Below are positions 21,564-32,051 of a DNA stretch of 64,000 nt, one piece after another; positions within the stretch are counted from its first letter, which is position 1; each line of letters begins with the position of its first letter. This stretch comes from Patescibacteria group bacterium. GTDB taxonomy: Bacteria; Patescibacteriota; Minisyncoccia; Phycocordibacterales; Phycocordibacteraceae. The stretch is from the NCBI GenBank assembly GCA_013815345.1, contig JACDGK010000001.1, positions 102,434 through 166,433 of the forward strand, in the 5' to 3' direction. Position numbers and translations under genes: made by a program. The notes beneath the pieces are model-generated. The model searched no databases and was not told the origin of the DNA. It saw only the letters and a program-made list of their open reading frames with translations.

Positions 21564-22082
21564 TTAATAGTATGCCTTCTCACCGCGCTCAATACGCCCA
21601 GGATCGCTCGCATTACACGTGTTGTATCCCGTTGCATAAATGGCGGTCGAAAGAGGCCTGCCTGCGGCATCGGTAGTGGGAGGGCTGTATTTGTACACCG
21701 TAACTGTTCCTAAAATCCCTACTCCATCAGCGCAGGGTATGGAGAAAGTGCTGATACGAGGACTACTGGTCTGAGGGTCGCTATAGTTTGCGACCACTCC
21801 ATCGCATGAAACCGTGCCTGACACTGCTCCCGTAGCGAAATCAAATTCGGATATTCCCGTCTTTCCTCCGGAGTCGTAGAATACGCCGCATTCGAGCGCG
21901 GAGTCAGCATTATAGAAAGCATATTGCGACTGTCGACCTGTCGAAGAAAGAATGATTTCCTTGTATGCGACATCAAGCAGCGCTAGTCCAATAGAAAGGA
22001 CGACCGAGCTCAATATCACCGCAACGAAAAGCGTAAAGCCGCGGTGTGGTGTTTTATTCGGAGTAAAGGTAAAAGGAATCAT
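21564..22082 (-). CDS. Minor pilin, PilX-like
   Basis: GFTLFVAV prepilin site lacking Glu5; AFYNADSALEC. Confidence 0.75.
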   Translation of the reverse strand: MIPFTFTPNKTPHRGFTLFVAVILSSVVLSIGLALLDVAYKEIILSSTGRQSQYAFYNADSALECGVFYDSGGKTGISEFDFATGAVSGTVSCDGVVANYSDPQTSSPRISTFSIPCADGVGILGTVTVYKYSPPTTDAAGRPLSTAIYATGYNTCNASDPGRIERGEKAYY

Positions 22083-22086
22083 ACTT

Positions 22087-22725
22087 TTAATTCGTATTCT
22101 TTATGTACTCTACTATGGCCGTGGTATGCGGAACATTGTTTGTCGACCATGTAACAGTCGAAATGACTTCCTCTTCATTAGGATCCCTGACTCCTCCATA
22201 GGATACCGCTTTCAGCTGTATCCAGCGGGTAAACTTACTCCCTACATTCGTCTGACTTGCCGGTTGCTGATTATAGAGAAACGGTGTTGGATTGGAAGCC
22301 GTATAAATATTGAGCGGATCACAAGCTCGACCAAAATCACCGCCGCACTGTTGTATTCCCTGGCTCAAGGATCGCGTCGGATCCACGGTACATTTAAAAT
22401 TTGCACGGCAGTCACTTCCATTTTGACCATTCAGTCCGTAGAGCCATGACTCAGCGGGAGGCGACGCGGTGTTGTAATAGGTAAGATAATTGTTGTTCCG
22501 TATCTCACGCACATATTCAATCCCCTCCTGAGCAAGCATTGAGGCTTCAAGCTGATCTCGAGCAGTAAACGAAGCAGTGAGTGACTGTTCTACGGCATAA
22601 AAAGGCGCGACCAATGTTACGGAGATGATCGTGATCGCGACAAGTGTCTCGATCAATGTAAATCCCTTCTGTACGGAGTTCGTGCGATCCAAAGGTGTGT
22701 AATAAAAAAAAGTCTTCATACTCAA
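22087..22725 (-). CDS. Minor pilin, PilV-like
   Basis: GFTLIETLVA; LAQEGIE. Confidence 0.8.
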   Translation of the reverse strand: MSMKTFFYYTPLDRTNSVQKGFTLIETLVAITIISVTLVAPFYAVEQSLTASFTARDQLEASMLAQEGIEYVREIRNNNYLTYYNTASPPAESWLYGLNGQNGSDCRANFKCTVDPTRSLSQGIQQCGGDFGRACDPLNIYTASNPTPFLYNQQPASQTNVGSKFTRWIQLKAVSYGGVRDPNEEEVISTVTWSTNNVPHTTAIVEYIKNTN

Positions 22726-23312
22726 TGAATATCAATCGGACGCTGCGTCGCCGATGTTTGAATCGTAAATGTGCTGGTATGCTGCGAGTCAGCAACCGTC
22801 GTCCCGGTCACAGTAAACGTCACTATTGGCTGTATATTATCGCCGCCGCTCCCTAGCGCACCACCAGCATCAACACCACTCACTATAAACGTGAGATTAG
22901 AGACGGTAATACGTGCATCCGTAAGCTGCTGATCGACGATTTGCGTACAGCTCGGTGAAGCGTACTGGTTTGTCACTTTGACTCTGATATGACTTCCTCC
23001 TGTAAGAGAAAGGAGGTATTCTACGCGGCAGCCATTCGCATCAGTGAACATCAAGTGATTACAAGAGCCGTTCGGGTCGCCGGAGGCGCCAACACAACGA
23101 TACGTAGTTCCCGTACGTATCGACCGTGCCATGCTATCAAGTGCAAAGGAGAGATTGGTAAGGAGCACGCTCGTGGCACGTGTCTCACGATCAAGACTGA
23201 TGAGATTCAGATACGCCGTCGCGACGGCAACCATCACGATAGCAAAAATTGCGACCGAGACGATCATTTCTATGAGACTGAAACCGCGTGCAGAAGAGTG
23301 TTTCATACTCAT
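22722..23312 (-). CDS. Minor pilin, PilW-like
   Basis: GFSLIEMIVS prepilin motif. Confidence 0.8.
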   Translation of the reverse strand: MSMKHSSARGFSLIEMIVSVAIFAIVMVAVATAYLNLISLDRETRATSVLLTNLSFALDSMARSIRTGTTYRCVGASGDPNGSCNHLMFTDANGCRVEYLLSLTGGSHIRVKVTNQYASPSCTQIVDQQLTDARITVSNLTFIVSGVDAGGALGSGGDNIQPIVTFTVTGTTVADSQHTSTFTIQTSATQRPIDIH

Positions 23313-24046
23313 GTACAGGTCTGCGTTACAAATACTTCACCAAGCTGATTTATTTCCACGTATCGACTCGCTTTGCCACCTGGAGCGCTGATTTGAATAC
23401 ACGCAGTGTCTGCAGACTGATAGGAGCTCTCACTCACTGCAGTTATGACCGTTTGGACATTCGGTCGTTCGAAAACGATATCGAGAGCTGTAAGGGCGTT
23501 ATTCGATGAGTCGGAACAGCCCACTTTTGTAAGGACACCGTTGGGATGGGTATAGGCGCAAAAATTGCCAATGGTAAAACCCTGATTAAAATCAAATTTT
23601 CGAACAAGCTCGCGTACCGGACCGTCATACAAACAATTTCCCGGCTTCGCTTCAACGGTATTCGGTACGCCCGTGGGACACCAGCCCGGCGTAGGAAGTC
23701 CCTTTGAAGCATCGGCAAATTGCCGGTATGAAGTAAGATCACCCACGGAGAAATCAATGCCGTATCCTGCATTGGAAACCCCCTGGAAACCTTTGCTGGA
23801 AAGACCGAGTGACTGCGTCTCACGGATAGAGAGCGCCACCGTGTACGACGTATCAGTCAAAATGATGCTTCTATTGAATGTGGATTGATTCACGAGCGTA
23901 ATCCCCGTGATAACGGTGATGATCGCGAGTACCGTGACCATCTCGATGAGCGTGAACCCACGCTGCATTACCTTTCTCCCACCAGATGAAGGCTTTGAGA
24001 AAAAGAATTTTTTTAAAAAGGCAGCGAAAGAAAGAGGGGATTCCAT
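23309..24046 (-). CDS. Minor pilin, FimT/GspH-like (start possibly 23968)
   Basis: GFTLIEMVTV prepilin motif. Confidence 0.8.
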   Translation of the reverse strand: MESPLSFAAFLKKFFFSKPSSGGRKVMQRGFTLIEMVTVLAIITVITGITLVNQSTFNRSIILTDTSYTVALSIRETQSLGLSSKGFQGVSNAGYGIDFSVGDLTSYRQFADASKGLPTPGWCPTGVPNTVEAKPGNCLYDGPVRELVRKFDFNQGFTIGNFCAYTHPNGVLTKVGCSDSSNNALTALDIVFERPNVQTVITAVSESSYQSADTACIQISAPGGKASRYVEINQLGEVFVTQTCT

Positions 24047-24780
24047 TGAGTGAAAAAGGCAAGTAGGAAGCCGGCAGCCAGAAATGGCACGAACGGCACC
24101 TCAATACCCATTCTAGGCCCTCCATGCTGCAAAACCAATACCACTATGCCGATAACTGCCCCGATCCAGAAAGAAAAAAGAAGACCGGGGATTGCCGCCG
24201 AGCCCACAAGCAGAGCGAGAGCGAGAGCGACCGGCGCATCCCCGAGGCCCATTGCCCTGCCGCGAGAAAGTACGTAGAGAAGAAAAAATGCGAAACCAAT
24301 GATGAGAGCAATGCCGACAATCCAGAGAAACGCTGACATGCTTTTGAGACTCAGGAAAGCAAAAAGGAGACAGAGCACGATAAGGAGCGTCGAGCTGCCG
24401 CGAGGCACGATAGTATGCCGCAGATCATACACGACAATAAATCCAAGCACGATTAAAACGGCGAGGAAGACGACAAGGTTAAGCGTAAGACCGAGCGTAA
24501 GGTACGAGAAAACGAAAAGAACGCCGAGAGATACTTCAAAAAGCACATAGAGCCCCGGCACCTTTGCCTTACAGGTGCGACACCTACCTCGGGAGAAAAG
24601 CCACGAGAAAACTGGCACGAGATCAGGAACGCTTAATACCCTTCGGCAGGAGTTACATCGTGAACGTCCTTTGAGCCACGACTGCCCCGTGTAGATGCGT
24701 TCTGCAATAACCGTCGTGAAGCTCGCGAATATCGCACCGAGGAAGAAGAAGGCGGTTGATACGAGTACTCCAAAACTCAT
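24013..24780 (-). CDS. pilD: Prepilin peptidase
   Basis: RSRCNSC..GRCRTC, DLRH, MGLGD and PFVPFL motifs. Confidence 0.93.
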   Translation of the reverse strand: MSFGVLVSTAFFFLGAIFASFTTVIAERIYTGQSWLKGRSRCNSCRRVLSVPDLVPVFSWLFSRGRCRTCKAKVPGLYVLFEVSLGVLFVFSYLTLGLTLNLVVFLAVLIVLGFIVVYDLRHTIVPRGSSTLLIVLCLLFAFLSLKSMSAFLWIVGIALIIGFAFFLLYVLSRGRAMGLGDAPVALALALLVGSAAIPGLLFSFWIGAVIGIVVLVLQHGGPRMGIEVPFVPFLAAGFLLAFFTQWNPLFLSLPF

Positions 24781-25344
24781 TTAAGGAGGACAGCTGCTTC
24801 CACCAATTTTTTGCCTTAATTTTGTGTTAATAGTGGCGCTATCAGTATTATTATCTACACCTGCCATTGTTAGTAGGACACTATGAGTACTATCGGTACA
24901 GAAGGCTTTTGCGGGATCAGAAGAAAGATCAAATATTATAGCGTAATTAGTTTGTCCCGCGCTTGAACTGCATTGGTTTAACGTTCCTTGTGCTAAAGCG
25001 GATTTAATTATGTCAATAATTTTTTGGTCTGCCCAAATTGAATTCGGTTTCGTAGCTACAACCGCTGCTGGACAAGGCTGAGGAATACCGCTATTAGGAT
25101 AGGTGCCTGCATCACAAGTTGCCGTAGGTGAATAGCAAGAAACATTTGCGGTATGATCATTAATTTCAACCTGTTTCCTAATACCGGAAAGTGCTTGTTC
25201 GATAGCTCCATCTGAACCTCTGCTCCGAGCAACACTCAGGGCACCAAGTACGATTGAGGATAGAAGTCCGACTATGGCTATAACGACGAGGAGTTCGATG
25301 AGGGTGAAACCATTAGGAGCTTTTTTGCGAGAGATATACATCAT
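24781..25344 (-). CDS. Type IV pilin
   Basis: GFTLIELLVVIAIVG; C-terminal FCTDS. Confidence 0.88.
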   Translation of the reverse strand: MMYISRKKAPNGFTLIELLVVIAIVGLLSSIVLGALSVARSRGSDGAIEQALSGIRKQVEINDHTANVSCYSPTATCDAGTYPNSGIPQPCPAAVVATKPNSIWADQKIIDIIKSALAQGTLNQCSSSAGQTNYAIIFDLSSDPAKAFCTDSTHSVLLTMAGVDNNTDSATINTKLRQKIGGSSCPP

Positions 25345-25413
25345 AAAGAGTAATGGCTAATATTCTTGACTTCTTCTTAAGACTATACCATTTGCAACAC
25401 AAGATTTTGAAAG

Positions 25414-25465
25414 AGCAGTGGATAAAAATAAAGCCCCGCAAGGGGCTTTATTTTTATCCACTGCT
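25414..25465. terminator. 24-bp perfect hairpin after the probable major pilin gene
   Basis: AGCAGTGGATAAAAATAAAGCCCC-gcaa-GGGGCTTTATTTTTATCCACTGCT. Confidence 0.85.
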
Positions 25466-25478
25466 TGTTTTAAGACTA

Positions 25479-25997
25479 TTATGGGCAAGCTGTCGCACTT
25501 GCTGCAAGCGCCGCAGCTTCTGGCTTTGCAACACCCGTTGAATCTACACACCAATAACTACCAGCCGCAGCAGCAGTCAGCTGAGCTTCAACAACATATG
25601 ACGAAGCCGTCACGCCCCACTGAAGCTTGTTGTTATTAGCTGATGAAGCTTGAATAAGTGCGTTCGCTGCTGCTTGGTCCTCGTTTGCCGGGGTGACTGT
25701 CAAAATTGAAGTACCAGCTGCGCCCGCTACGCCTGTTCCTGCAACCGTCCAGCCTGCCTGAGTTACGGAAGTTGTAATGGTGGTTGCAGCATATGCATTT
25801 GGAAATCCGTCATAGTCAAGAGCTGCTTGAGTTTGAATCGTGCTCAGGTCAGATTTGATCTGTGCATCAGTACCCTTCGCACGAGCCGTGTTGAGGGCGG
25901 CGAGCACAACTGCCGAGAGAATGCCGATAATTGCGATCACGACGAGGAGTTCGATGAGGGTGAAACCGCGTCGGATACGTGAGTTTGAGAGAGTCAT
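25479..25997 (-). CDS. Type IV pilin, probable major pilin
   Basis: GFTLIELLVVIAIIGILS and YWCVDSTG; has its own TACAAT promoter and strong terminator. Confidence 0.9.
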   Translation of the reverse strand: MTLSNSRIRRGFTLIELLVVIAIIGILSAVVLAALNTARAKGTDAQIKSDLSTIQTQAALDYDGFPNAYAATTITTSVTQAGWTVAGTGVAGAAGTSILTVTPANEDQAAANALIQASSANNNKLQWGVTASSYVVEAQLTAAAAGSYWCVDSTGVAKPEAAALAASATACP

Positions 25998-26101
25998 GGT
26001 TGTTATAAGTTGTCGTGATGCGGGCTTATGAGTAATATCCGCTTATTTCTTATTGTACGAGAAAACCAGAAAAAGAATAACGATCCTGTGGACAACTCTA
26101 T

Positions 26102-26374
26102 TTAGCCTTCTAATCGCTGTAAACGACGATGCACGTCATTGTCATTACGTTTTCCTATAAGCGGTATGAACAAGGTTGAGCCCACGACACAGTATATGAT
26201 ACGATGCTCGCCCATATCAGCGCGCCGAAAGGTCGAATTCTTAAGCTGTTTGCTGTCCGGTGGTGACGGATTCTTTTGTAGTTCGTAGAGCGTTAGAATC
26301 ACTTGCTGCGCATGCTTTTTCGGAAGCGTGCGCAGGTACTTCTCTGCTCGCTTACCGATATCAATCTTTAGCAT
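26102..26374 (-). CDS. RelE/ParE family toxin
   Basis: SKQLK..FRRADMGEHRIIY..IGKRND. Confidence 0.88.
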   Translation of the reverse strand: MLKIDIGKRAEKYLRTLPKKHAQQVILTLYELQKNPSPPDSKQLKNSTFRRADMGEHRIIYCVVGSTLFIPLIGKRNDNDVHRRLQRLEG

Positions 26375-26627
26375 CAATAAACTTTTTTAAAAGTGCCTCA
26401 GATTTATTGGTTCCAAGGTATCCACCCTTTTTATGGGCTGCTTCTGCGCGGGCAGCCCATAATGCGTCTTCCGTTTCTTCAAAACGCTGATAATCGTCAA
26501 GAGAAAGCAGCATCGCAACCCCCCGTCCATTTTTCGTTATCCGAACTGGTGCGCGCTGCGCTGAGTCAAGAAGCTCGCCAAAGCGGTTCTTTGCGTCGCG
26601 TGCTGAAATTTCTTTAGTATAGCTTAT
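26361..26627 (-). CDS. Phd/YefM family antitoxin with no canonical start codon (ATA proposed)
   Basis: Absent from the ORF track. Manual translation gives KEISARDAKNRFGELLDSAQRAPVRITKNGRGVAMLLSLDDY; overlaps the toxin start. Confidence 0.8.
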   Translation of the reverse strand: MSYTKEISARDAKNRFGELLDSAQRAPVRITKNGRGVAMLLSLDDYQRFEETEDALWAARAEAAHKKGGYLGTNKSEALLKKFIDAKD

Positions 26628-26667
26628 AGAGCTATTGTAGCTACTCTGTCAATAGGGATCGCGGTGA

Positions 26668-27879
26668 CTAATTGATCGCACCGGCAAGATTATAGATAGG
26701 CACGAGCACGGAGGCGAGCAGCGAACCCACACCGAGACCGAGAAAAACGATCATGAGCGGCTCGATGAGGTCAACGAGCGTGTCGATAGAGGTGGAAACT
26801 TCACGACGATAGAATTTCGCGAGCGTGTTGAGAATGTTGCCCAGCTCTCCTGTTTCCTCACCCACCCGGATCATGGCGATCATGATACCGGGAATCTGTT
26901 CCGGGTGCCGCGCGAGCGCGTCAGAGATCGATGAGCCGCCTTTTACCGCCTCACTGGCCTCTCGCAGAAGATTTTCATAGACATTGCTGCCCGCCACGCT
27001 CGCAGTAATATCAATCATTTCCACTACCGGCACACCTGAGGCGAGCATCGTTGAGAAGTTATCGGCAATGCGCGAGAGGTAGAGTTTTTTGTAGAGATCA
27101 CCCACATACGGGACGTCGAGTTTTAACGCATCAAAGAAAAGCCTGCCGGACGCAGTTTGCAATGCGCGAAAAACAAAGAAGCCGGCGATGGCCAAAGCGA
27201 TAAGCACGAATATGCCGTAGTGAACGAGGATGTTCGAGATACCGATAACGACAGCTGTGTAGAAAGGAACCTTTTGCCCTGAGTCAACCAAAATAGCCGT
27301 GATCTTCGGAATTACGAGCGTAAGCATCAGTACCATCACCACGATGAATACGACGACGACGAATGCAGGATAGATAAGCGCATTTTGTGCTTTACTCATG
27401 ACTTCATAGGTACGATCGAGATAGTCGGCGAGATAGCCGAATGTCTCCGAAAGCTTTCCTGACTCTTCACCCGAGCGCACCATATTTACGTAAAAAGAAG
27501 TGAAGGCTTTAGGATGTTGTGCGAGTGCTTTTGATATAGGGCTCCCGCCTTGAAGGTCATCCGCCACTTGCGTCATGATTTCCGAGAGATATCTGTTATC
27601 AACTTCAGCCGCAAGGAGACGAAAGACACGGAGAGCGGAGACCTGTGCCTCAAAGAGCGTTGCTATCTGACGAGAAAGAATAACGATGTCTTTGTTGGAA
27701 ACGCGTTTGAAGATGCCGATGTCCATCGAAAGCATACCGCCCTTATCCATCGGGGCTATCGAGGAAACGATCAGATTTCGGCGTTGGAGGGTCGAGACGG
27801 CCACATCCATCGTGAGAGCCTCGATGGTTCCTTCTCTTTCGTGTCCGTCTTTATCGAGTGCGTGGTAGGAGAAAAGCAT
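26668..27879 (-). CDS. pilC: Type IV pilus platform protein (GspF family)
   Basis: Two T2SSF domains; GEESGKL, ALIYP and LIEP motifs. Confidence 0.93.
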   Translation of the reverse strand: MLFSYHALDKDGHEREGTIEALTMDVAVSTLQRRNLIVSSIAPMDKGGMLSMDIGIFKRVSNKDIVILSRQIATLFEAQVSALRVFRLLAAEVDNRYLSEIMTQVADDLQGGSPISKALAQHPKAFTSFYVNMVRSGEESGKLSETFGYLADYLDRTYEVMSKAQNALIYPAFVVVVFIVVMVLMLTLVIPKITAILVDSGQKVPFYTAVVIGISNILVHYGIFVLIALAIAGFFVFRALQTASGRLFFDALKLDVPYVGDLYKKLYLSRIADNFSTMLASGVPVVEMIDITASVAGSNVYENLLREASEAVKGGSSISDALARHPEQIPGIMIAMIRVGEETGELGNILNTLAKFYRREVSTSIDTLVDLIEPLMIVFLGLGVGSLLASVLVPIYNLAGAIN

Positions 27880-27897
27880 GGTAAATAAGTATTTGTT

Positions 27898-28965
27898 TTA
27901 TAGGTACCGCTCGAAGGTCTTCGGATCGAGGGCCCGTTCGTAGGCGTGTTCGATGGTCACCTCCCCTTTTCGGACCAGCTCCGCAAGCGAGCGATCCATG
28001 TCGATCATACCGTCCTGAGAACTCGTCTGAATGACGGTCGTGATCTCATGCGTGCGACCCTCGCGGATGAGGTTAGCGACGGCGGCGTTGTTAATGAGCA
28101 ACTCGTATGCAGGAATGAGCCCTCCTGCGATACGCGGCACGAGTCGCTGCGAGAAAATACCCGCCAAAGAACCCGCGAGCTGCACGCGCACCTGATCCTG
28201 CTGGCTCGACGGGAAAATGTCGATGATACGATCGATCGTCTGTGCCGCATTGTTCGTGTGAAGCGTTGAAAGCACGAGGTGACCGGTTTCAGCGGCTGTC
28301 ACCGCGGAAGAAACGGTTTCCTGATCGCGCATTTCGCCCACCATGATCACATTTACGTCTTCACGAAAGGCGGACTCGAGCGCACTATGGAAATCAGTCG
28401 CATCAATATGTACCTCACGCTGGTGAATGAGTGATTTCTTTGCATCAAAGATGTACTCGACCGGGTCTTCAATGGTCACGATATGCTCAGCGCGTGTTTC
28501 ATTGATACGGTCGATCATCGCGGCAAGCGTTGTCGACTTCCCTTGCCCTACCGGACCCACGACGAGAAAGAAGCCTTGCTGACGCTGAGTGAAAACTTCG
28601 AGGATAGGCGGAAGGTTGAGATTTGCAAACGTGTGAACTTCGTGGGGAATGAGACGCATGGCAAGTGCGATAGAGCCTTGTACGGTAAAGGCGTTGATAC
28701 GAAAGCGTGACTCTGACGTGTGTGCGTATGCAAAGTCGACGGACTGGTTATCAACGAATTTCTGCCAACGTGGCGCGGGCAGAATGCTTTTAAGAATAGC
28801 TTCTGTTTCGGGAGCCGTGAGGACTGGTTGCTGCAAGAGCGGCACCAAGGAGCCTGAGACACGGATGATAGGAGGGGAACCTACCGAGAGATGGAGATCA
28901 GACCCACCTTCTTTCACAACGATGTCGAAAAGTGCACCGATACGGGTAGTGGAAGTGTTGCTCAT
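27898..28965 (-). CDS. pilT: Pilus retraction ATPase
   Basis: SDLHL, GPVGQGKSTT, TIEDPVE, GHLVLSTLHT and LIRE. Confidence 0.93.
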   Translation of the reverse strand: MSNTSTTRIGALFDIVVKEGGSDLHLSVGSPPIIRVSGSLVPLLQQPVLTAPETEAILKSILPAPRWQKFVDNQSVDFAYAHTSESRFRINAFTVQGSIALAMRLIPHEVHTFANLNLPPILEVFTQRQQGFFLVVGPVGQGKSTTLAAMIDRINETRAEHIVTIEDPVEYIFDAKKSLIHQREVHIDATDFHSALESAFREDVNVIMVGEMRDQETVSSAVTAAETGHLVLSTLHTNNAAQTIDRIIDIFPSSQQDQVRVQLAGSLAGIFSQRLVPRIAGGLIPAYELLINNAAVANLIREGRTHEITTVIQTSSQDGMIDMDRSLAELVRKGEVTIEHAYERALDPKTFERYL

Positions 28966-29345
28966 GCTTGTTTTTCAATAATCTTAATAGTTTCTGCGTA
29001 TACTTCGGAAGGAATTGCTGACGCCTTTATGATATAGCCCGACGCACCAAATGATTTCGCCTTTTCCACATCTGTTTCCAACCCTTGATTTGAAAGTACG
29101 ACCGTCTTCATGCCTGGCGCAAGTTTTTCCTTTTGCACCGTCTCCAGCACTTGAAATCCATCTACCTCCGGCATAACGATATCGAGAAGCATGGCATCGG
29201 GAGGTGGTTTGGTGCGGAGCGCTTCAAGCACGAACTTTCCACCGGGAAATACAGTAACTTCATGTCCTGCTGCTCGGAATTTGACCGCGTACATATCGAG
29301 GAGAAATCGATCATCATCGGTAAGATAAATGCGGTACGTGGCCAT
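28962..29345 (-). CDS. Single-domain response regulator
   Basis: CheY-like DDD..LLDIVMP. Confidence 0.9.
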   Translation of the reverse strand: MATYRIYLTDDDRFLLDMYAVKFRAAGHEVTVFPGGKFVLEALRTKPPPDAMLLDIVMPEVDGFQVLETVQKEKLAPGMKTVVLSNQGLETDVEKAKSFGASGYIIKASAIPSEVYAETIKIIEKQA

Positions 29346-29350
29346 AGGTG

Positions 29351-31135
29351 CTACACAGTTGTTGGTTGTTGAGCTTGAATCTGAGCTTCAGGTTGCGGCG
29401 CGTCCTGATCGAGTAATGCGTCGCCGCCGAGGGTATTTACTTCTTCGAACGGTATCTCTCCGGCTAACGCTTTAATAATAGCATCCTCGCGCATGGTTAA
29501 CATTCCTTTTGCACGCGTTGCGGCGTATATTTTCTCTTCTACCGGGTTGGTGAGCACAATATGCTCAAGCTCCTTGTCCATGCGGAGAATTTCGAAGACT
29601 GCCAGACGTCCGCGTGTGCCATTCGGACAGTCAGGCGTTGATTTTGCCTCGTAGAGACTCTCGAAAGTGGGAATTTTTGAGCGGTATTCCGTGGGTAGGT
29701 CAGCAAATTGCTTATCTAAAAGACCGTGGATGCTTTCTGAGATTGGTATGGGTGAGCCAGCACCAGGGCACAACTTGCGCACGAGACGCTGACCTATCGC
29801 CGCGATCAGCGTCGGCGCGATGAGGTAAGGATCGATACCCATGTCGACAAGGCGTGGGATAACCCCGGTCGCAGTATTGGTATGAATCGTTGAGAAAACG
29901 AGGTGACCGGTGAGCGCGGCTTGAATAGCAAGCGACGCGGTTTCATTATCGCGAATCTCTCCCACCATAATCACATCAGGGTCTTGACGCAGAATGGAAC
30001 GCAAGCCGGAAGCAAAGGTGTAGCCGATTTCGGGACGCACTTGTGACTGCGACACGCCCGGAATCTCGTATTCGATAGGATCTTCCACTGATACAACGTT
30101 TTGCGATGCACGATCAAGTTCCGAGAGCATGGAGAAAAGCGTGGTTGATTTACCCGAACCCGTCGGACCGGAAATGAGCACAATGCCATACGGCGCTTTG
30201 ACGATGTCGCGCACGGTTGCAATATCGATTTCCGAAAGACCAAGCGATTCCAGAGTAATGATGGACTTCGCACTATCGAGAATACGCATCACGATCTTCT
30301 CACCGTACTGGGTTGGAAACGTCGAGACACGAAAATCAATACGACGACTTTCAACCGTTGCTGAGAAACGTCCATCTTGCGGTTTACGTTTTTCATCGAG
30401 ACGGAGCTGCGCAAGAATTTTAATACGGGCGATAACCGCGGCATGCACTTTGGCCGGGAGCTCGAGCGACGTGTGCAAATCACCATCCATGCGAAAACGA
30501 ATCTGCACTTTCTCCGGAGTCGGTTCGATGTGAATATCCGATGCGCCACCTTCTACGGCATAGCGCAGAATGGTCGCGACAATTTTTGTGACTGGCGCGT
30601 CCGCTTTGATAACTGGTTCTTGGTTTGGCTGAGATTGGTCTTTTTTTTCTTTGTCGTCGAGAGAGAGCGGTTCGTTGAGCTCGGAAAGTGCTTCCGTCAC
30701 TTCGCCGGTGAGACTGCCGTATTCCTCAATCACTCGATCAAAATCTCCTTGGCTTATCAAAAAAAGCTTATACGGCATGCCTACCCTGCTTGAAATAAAT
30801 TGAAGTGCGTCGAGTGCTTCAATATTATCGGGATCAACAATACCGACTTCCAGAACTTTATCGACGATCGACAGAGGAACAAATTTATAATATTCAGCAG
30901 ATTCTTGCGGTATGTATTCAAGTGCCTTGCGATCAGCCGGATCTGTCGCAGAAAGTGTGCGCGAAGGAACGCCGTATTCTTCGCTTTCAGCAGAAAGTAT
31001 CGTGTCGGCACCTACTTCATGCTTCTCAAGCACTTGTTTGATCGTGCGACCGCTCGTGCGTGCCTCTTCTTCCAAAGAAGCTTTATCTTCAGATTTGACG
31101 ACGCCCTTGCTGATAAGAAGAGTAAGAAGGTCCAT
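29351..31135 (-). CDS. pilB: Pilus assembly ATPase (GspE/PilB)
   Basis: ASDIHIEP, PQDGR, GPTGSGKSTT and LRQDPD. Confidence 0.95.
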   Translation of the reverse strand: MDLLTLLISKGVVKSEDKASLEEEARTSGRTIKQVLEKHEVGADTILSAESEEYGVPSRTLSATDPADRKALEYIPQESAEYYKFVPLSIVDKVLEVGIVDPDNIEALDALQFISSRVGMPYKLFLISQGDFDRVIEEYGSLTGEVTEALSELNEPLSLDDKEKKDQSQPNQEPVIKADAPVTKIVATILRYAVEGGASDIHIEPTPEKVQIRFRMDGDLHTSLELPAKVHAAVIARIKILAQLRLDEKRKPQDGRFSATVESRRIDFRVSTFPTQYGEKIVMRILDSAKSIITLESLGLSEIDIATVRDIVKAPYGIVLISGPTGSGKSTTLFSMLSELDRASQNVVSVEDPIEYEIPGVSQSQVRPEIGYTFASGLRSILRQDPDVIMVGEIRDNETASLAIQAALTGHLVFSTIHTNTATGVIPRLVDMGIDPYLIAPTLIAAIGQRLVRKLCPGAGSPIPISESIHGLLDKQFADLPTEYRSKIPTFESLYEAKSTPDCPNGTRGRLAVFEILRMDKELEHIVLTNPVEEKIYAATRAKGMLTMREDAIIKALAGEIPFEEVNTLGGDALLDQDAPQPEAQIQAQQPTTV

Positions 31136-31194
31136 TTACTAAGAGTATAATACATCCTTGCGAGAGTTTTTCATCGCGCACGTGTGAGAACATA

Positions 31195-31482
31195 TTAAAT
31201 CGGTGCGAACGGATCCTTACGGCCACTTGTTTCCGGTAGTATAGCGGTATGTATATCAACGAGGGCCATAAAACGAGGATCGGTAAAAATGGTGGTATCA
31301 AAACTAATCGGCTGAAGCTGGCTCGAGAGATTGAGGAACGTAACTTCAGCGGCACTTGTCGCTCCGCCCTCTACCGTTACTGCGGCATTAGTATTGTTGT
31401 TGTTAAACAATAGCAGATACGCCGCGCCAAGGAGAACAGCGACCACGAGCACAGCGACGATGATTTTAATGCGTGAAGACAT
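31195..31482 (-). CDS. Small membrane-anchored pilus-locus protein (PilP position)
   Basis: TM segment plus C-terminal GRKDPFAP. Confidence 0.65.
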   Translation of the reverse strand: MSSRIKIIVAVLVVAVLLGAAYLLLFNNNNTNAAVTVEGGATSAAEVTFLNLSSQLQPISFDTTIFTDPRFMALVDIHTAILPETSGRKDPFAPI

Positions 31483-31484
31483 AA

Positions 31485-32051
31485 TTAGTGTAGCCAGTAG
31501 ATACGGTAAGTAATGGCGTAGGTATAGACCCCCGTTGCGGAGTCCGTAAGGGCAAACGAGGTTATATCCATAGGACGCAAGCTCTGTTCTGACGCGGCAA
31601 GGAAGGTGCGAAATGCGGCATAGGTTCCGGTCGCCGAAACGGTGAGGTCAAGAGAATCGGTCAGACTCGTAGACTGTACGGCCGAGGCAGTATCTTTGGT
31701 TGCTGCCGCTGCTGCCGTGACCGCGCTATTATTCGCCACATTAAAGTCAGAGAGCGTTACTCCCGAGCGAGACGCAAGCGAATTTAAATCAATGATGAGT
31801 TGTATGTTATCGACGCCGTCAGGCAGATACGATTGGAGGCGGGCAAGCTGATCAGAAGGGATCTGGTTACGCTGCGCAATAAGTTCATTTTCTTTCTGCG
31901 TAAAGTCTGCAGCCGCTTTCAGTGCGCTATTGTCACTTGCGATCTTCTGTTTAATTTCAGCAATCTGTCCGTTATAGGTCGGGTTGATATAACCAAAGAA
32001 AAGACCTATCGCAAAGAGAATCGCAAGAATGGGAAGAATGCGTGCAATCAT
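31485..32051 (-). CDS. PilO-like alignment protein
   Basis: TM, coiled coil and GTY..F..FL...E; position in the pilMNO order. Confidence 0.75.
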   Translation of the reverse strand: MIARILPILAILFAIGLFFGYINPTYNGQIAEIKQKIASDNSALKAAADFTQKENELIAQRNQIPSDQLARLQSYLPDGVDNIQLIIDLNSLASRSGVTLSDFNVANNSAVTAAAAATKDTASAVQSTSLTDSLDLTVSATGTYAAFRTFLAASEQSLRPMDITSFALTDSATGVYTYAITYRIYWLH

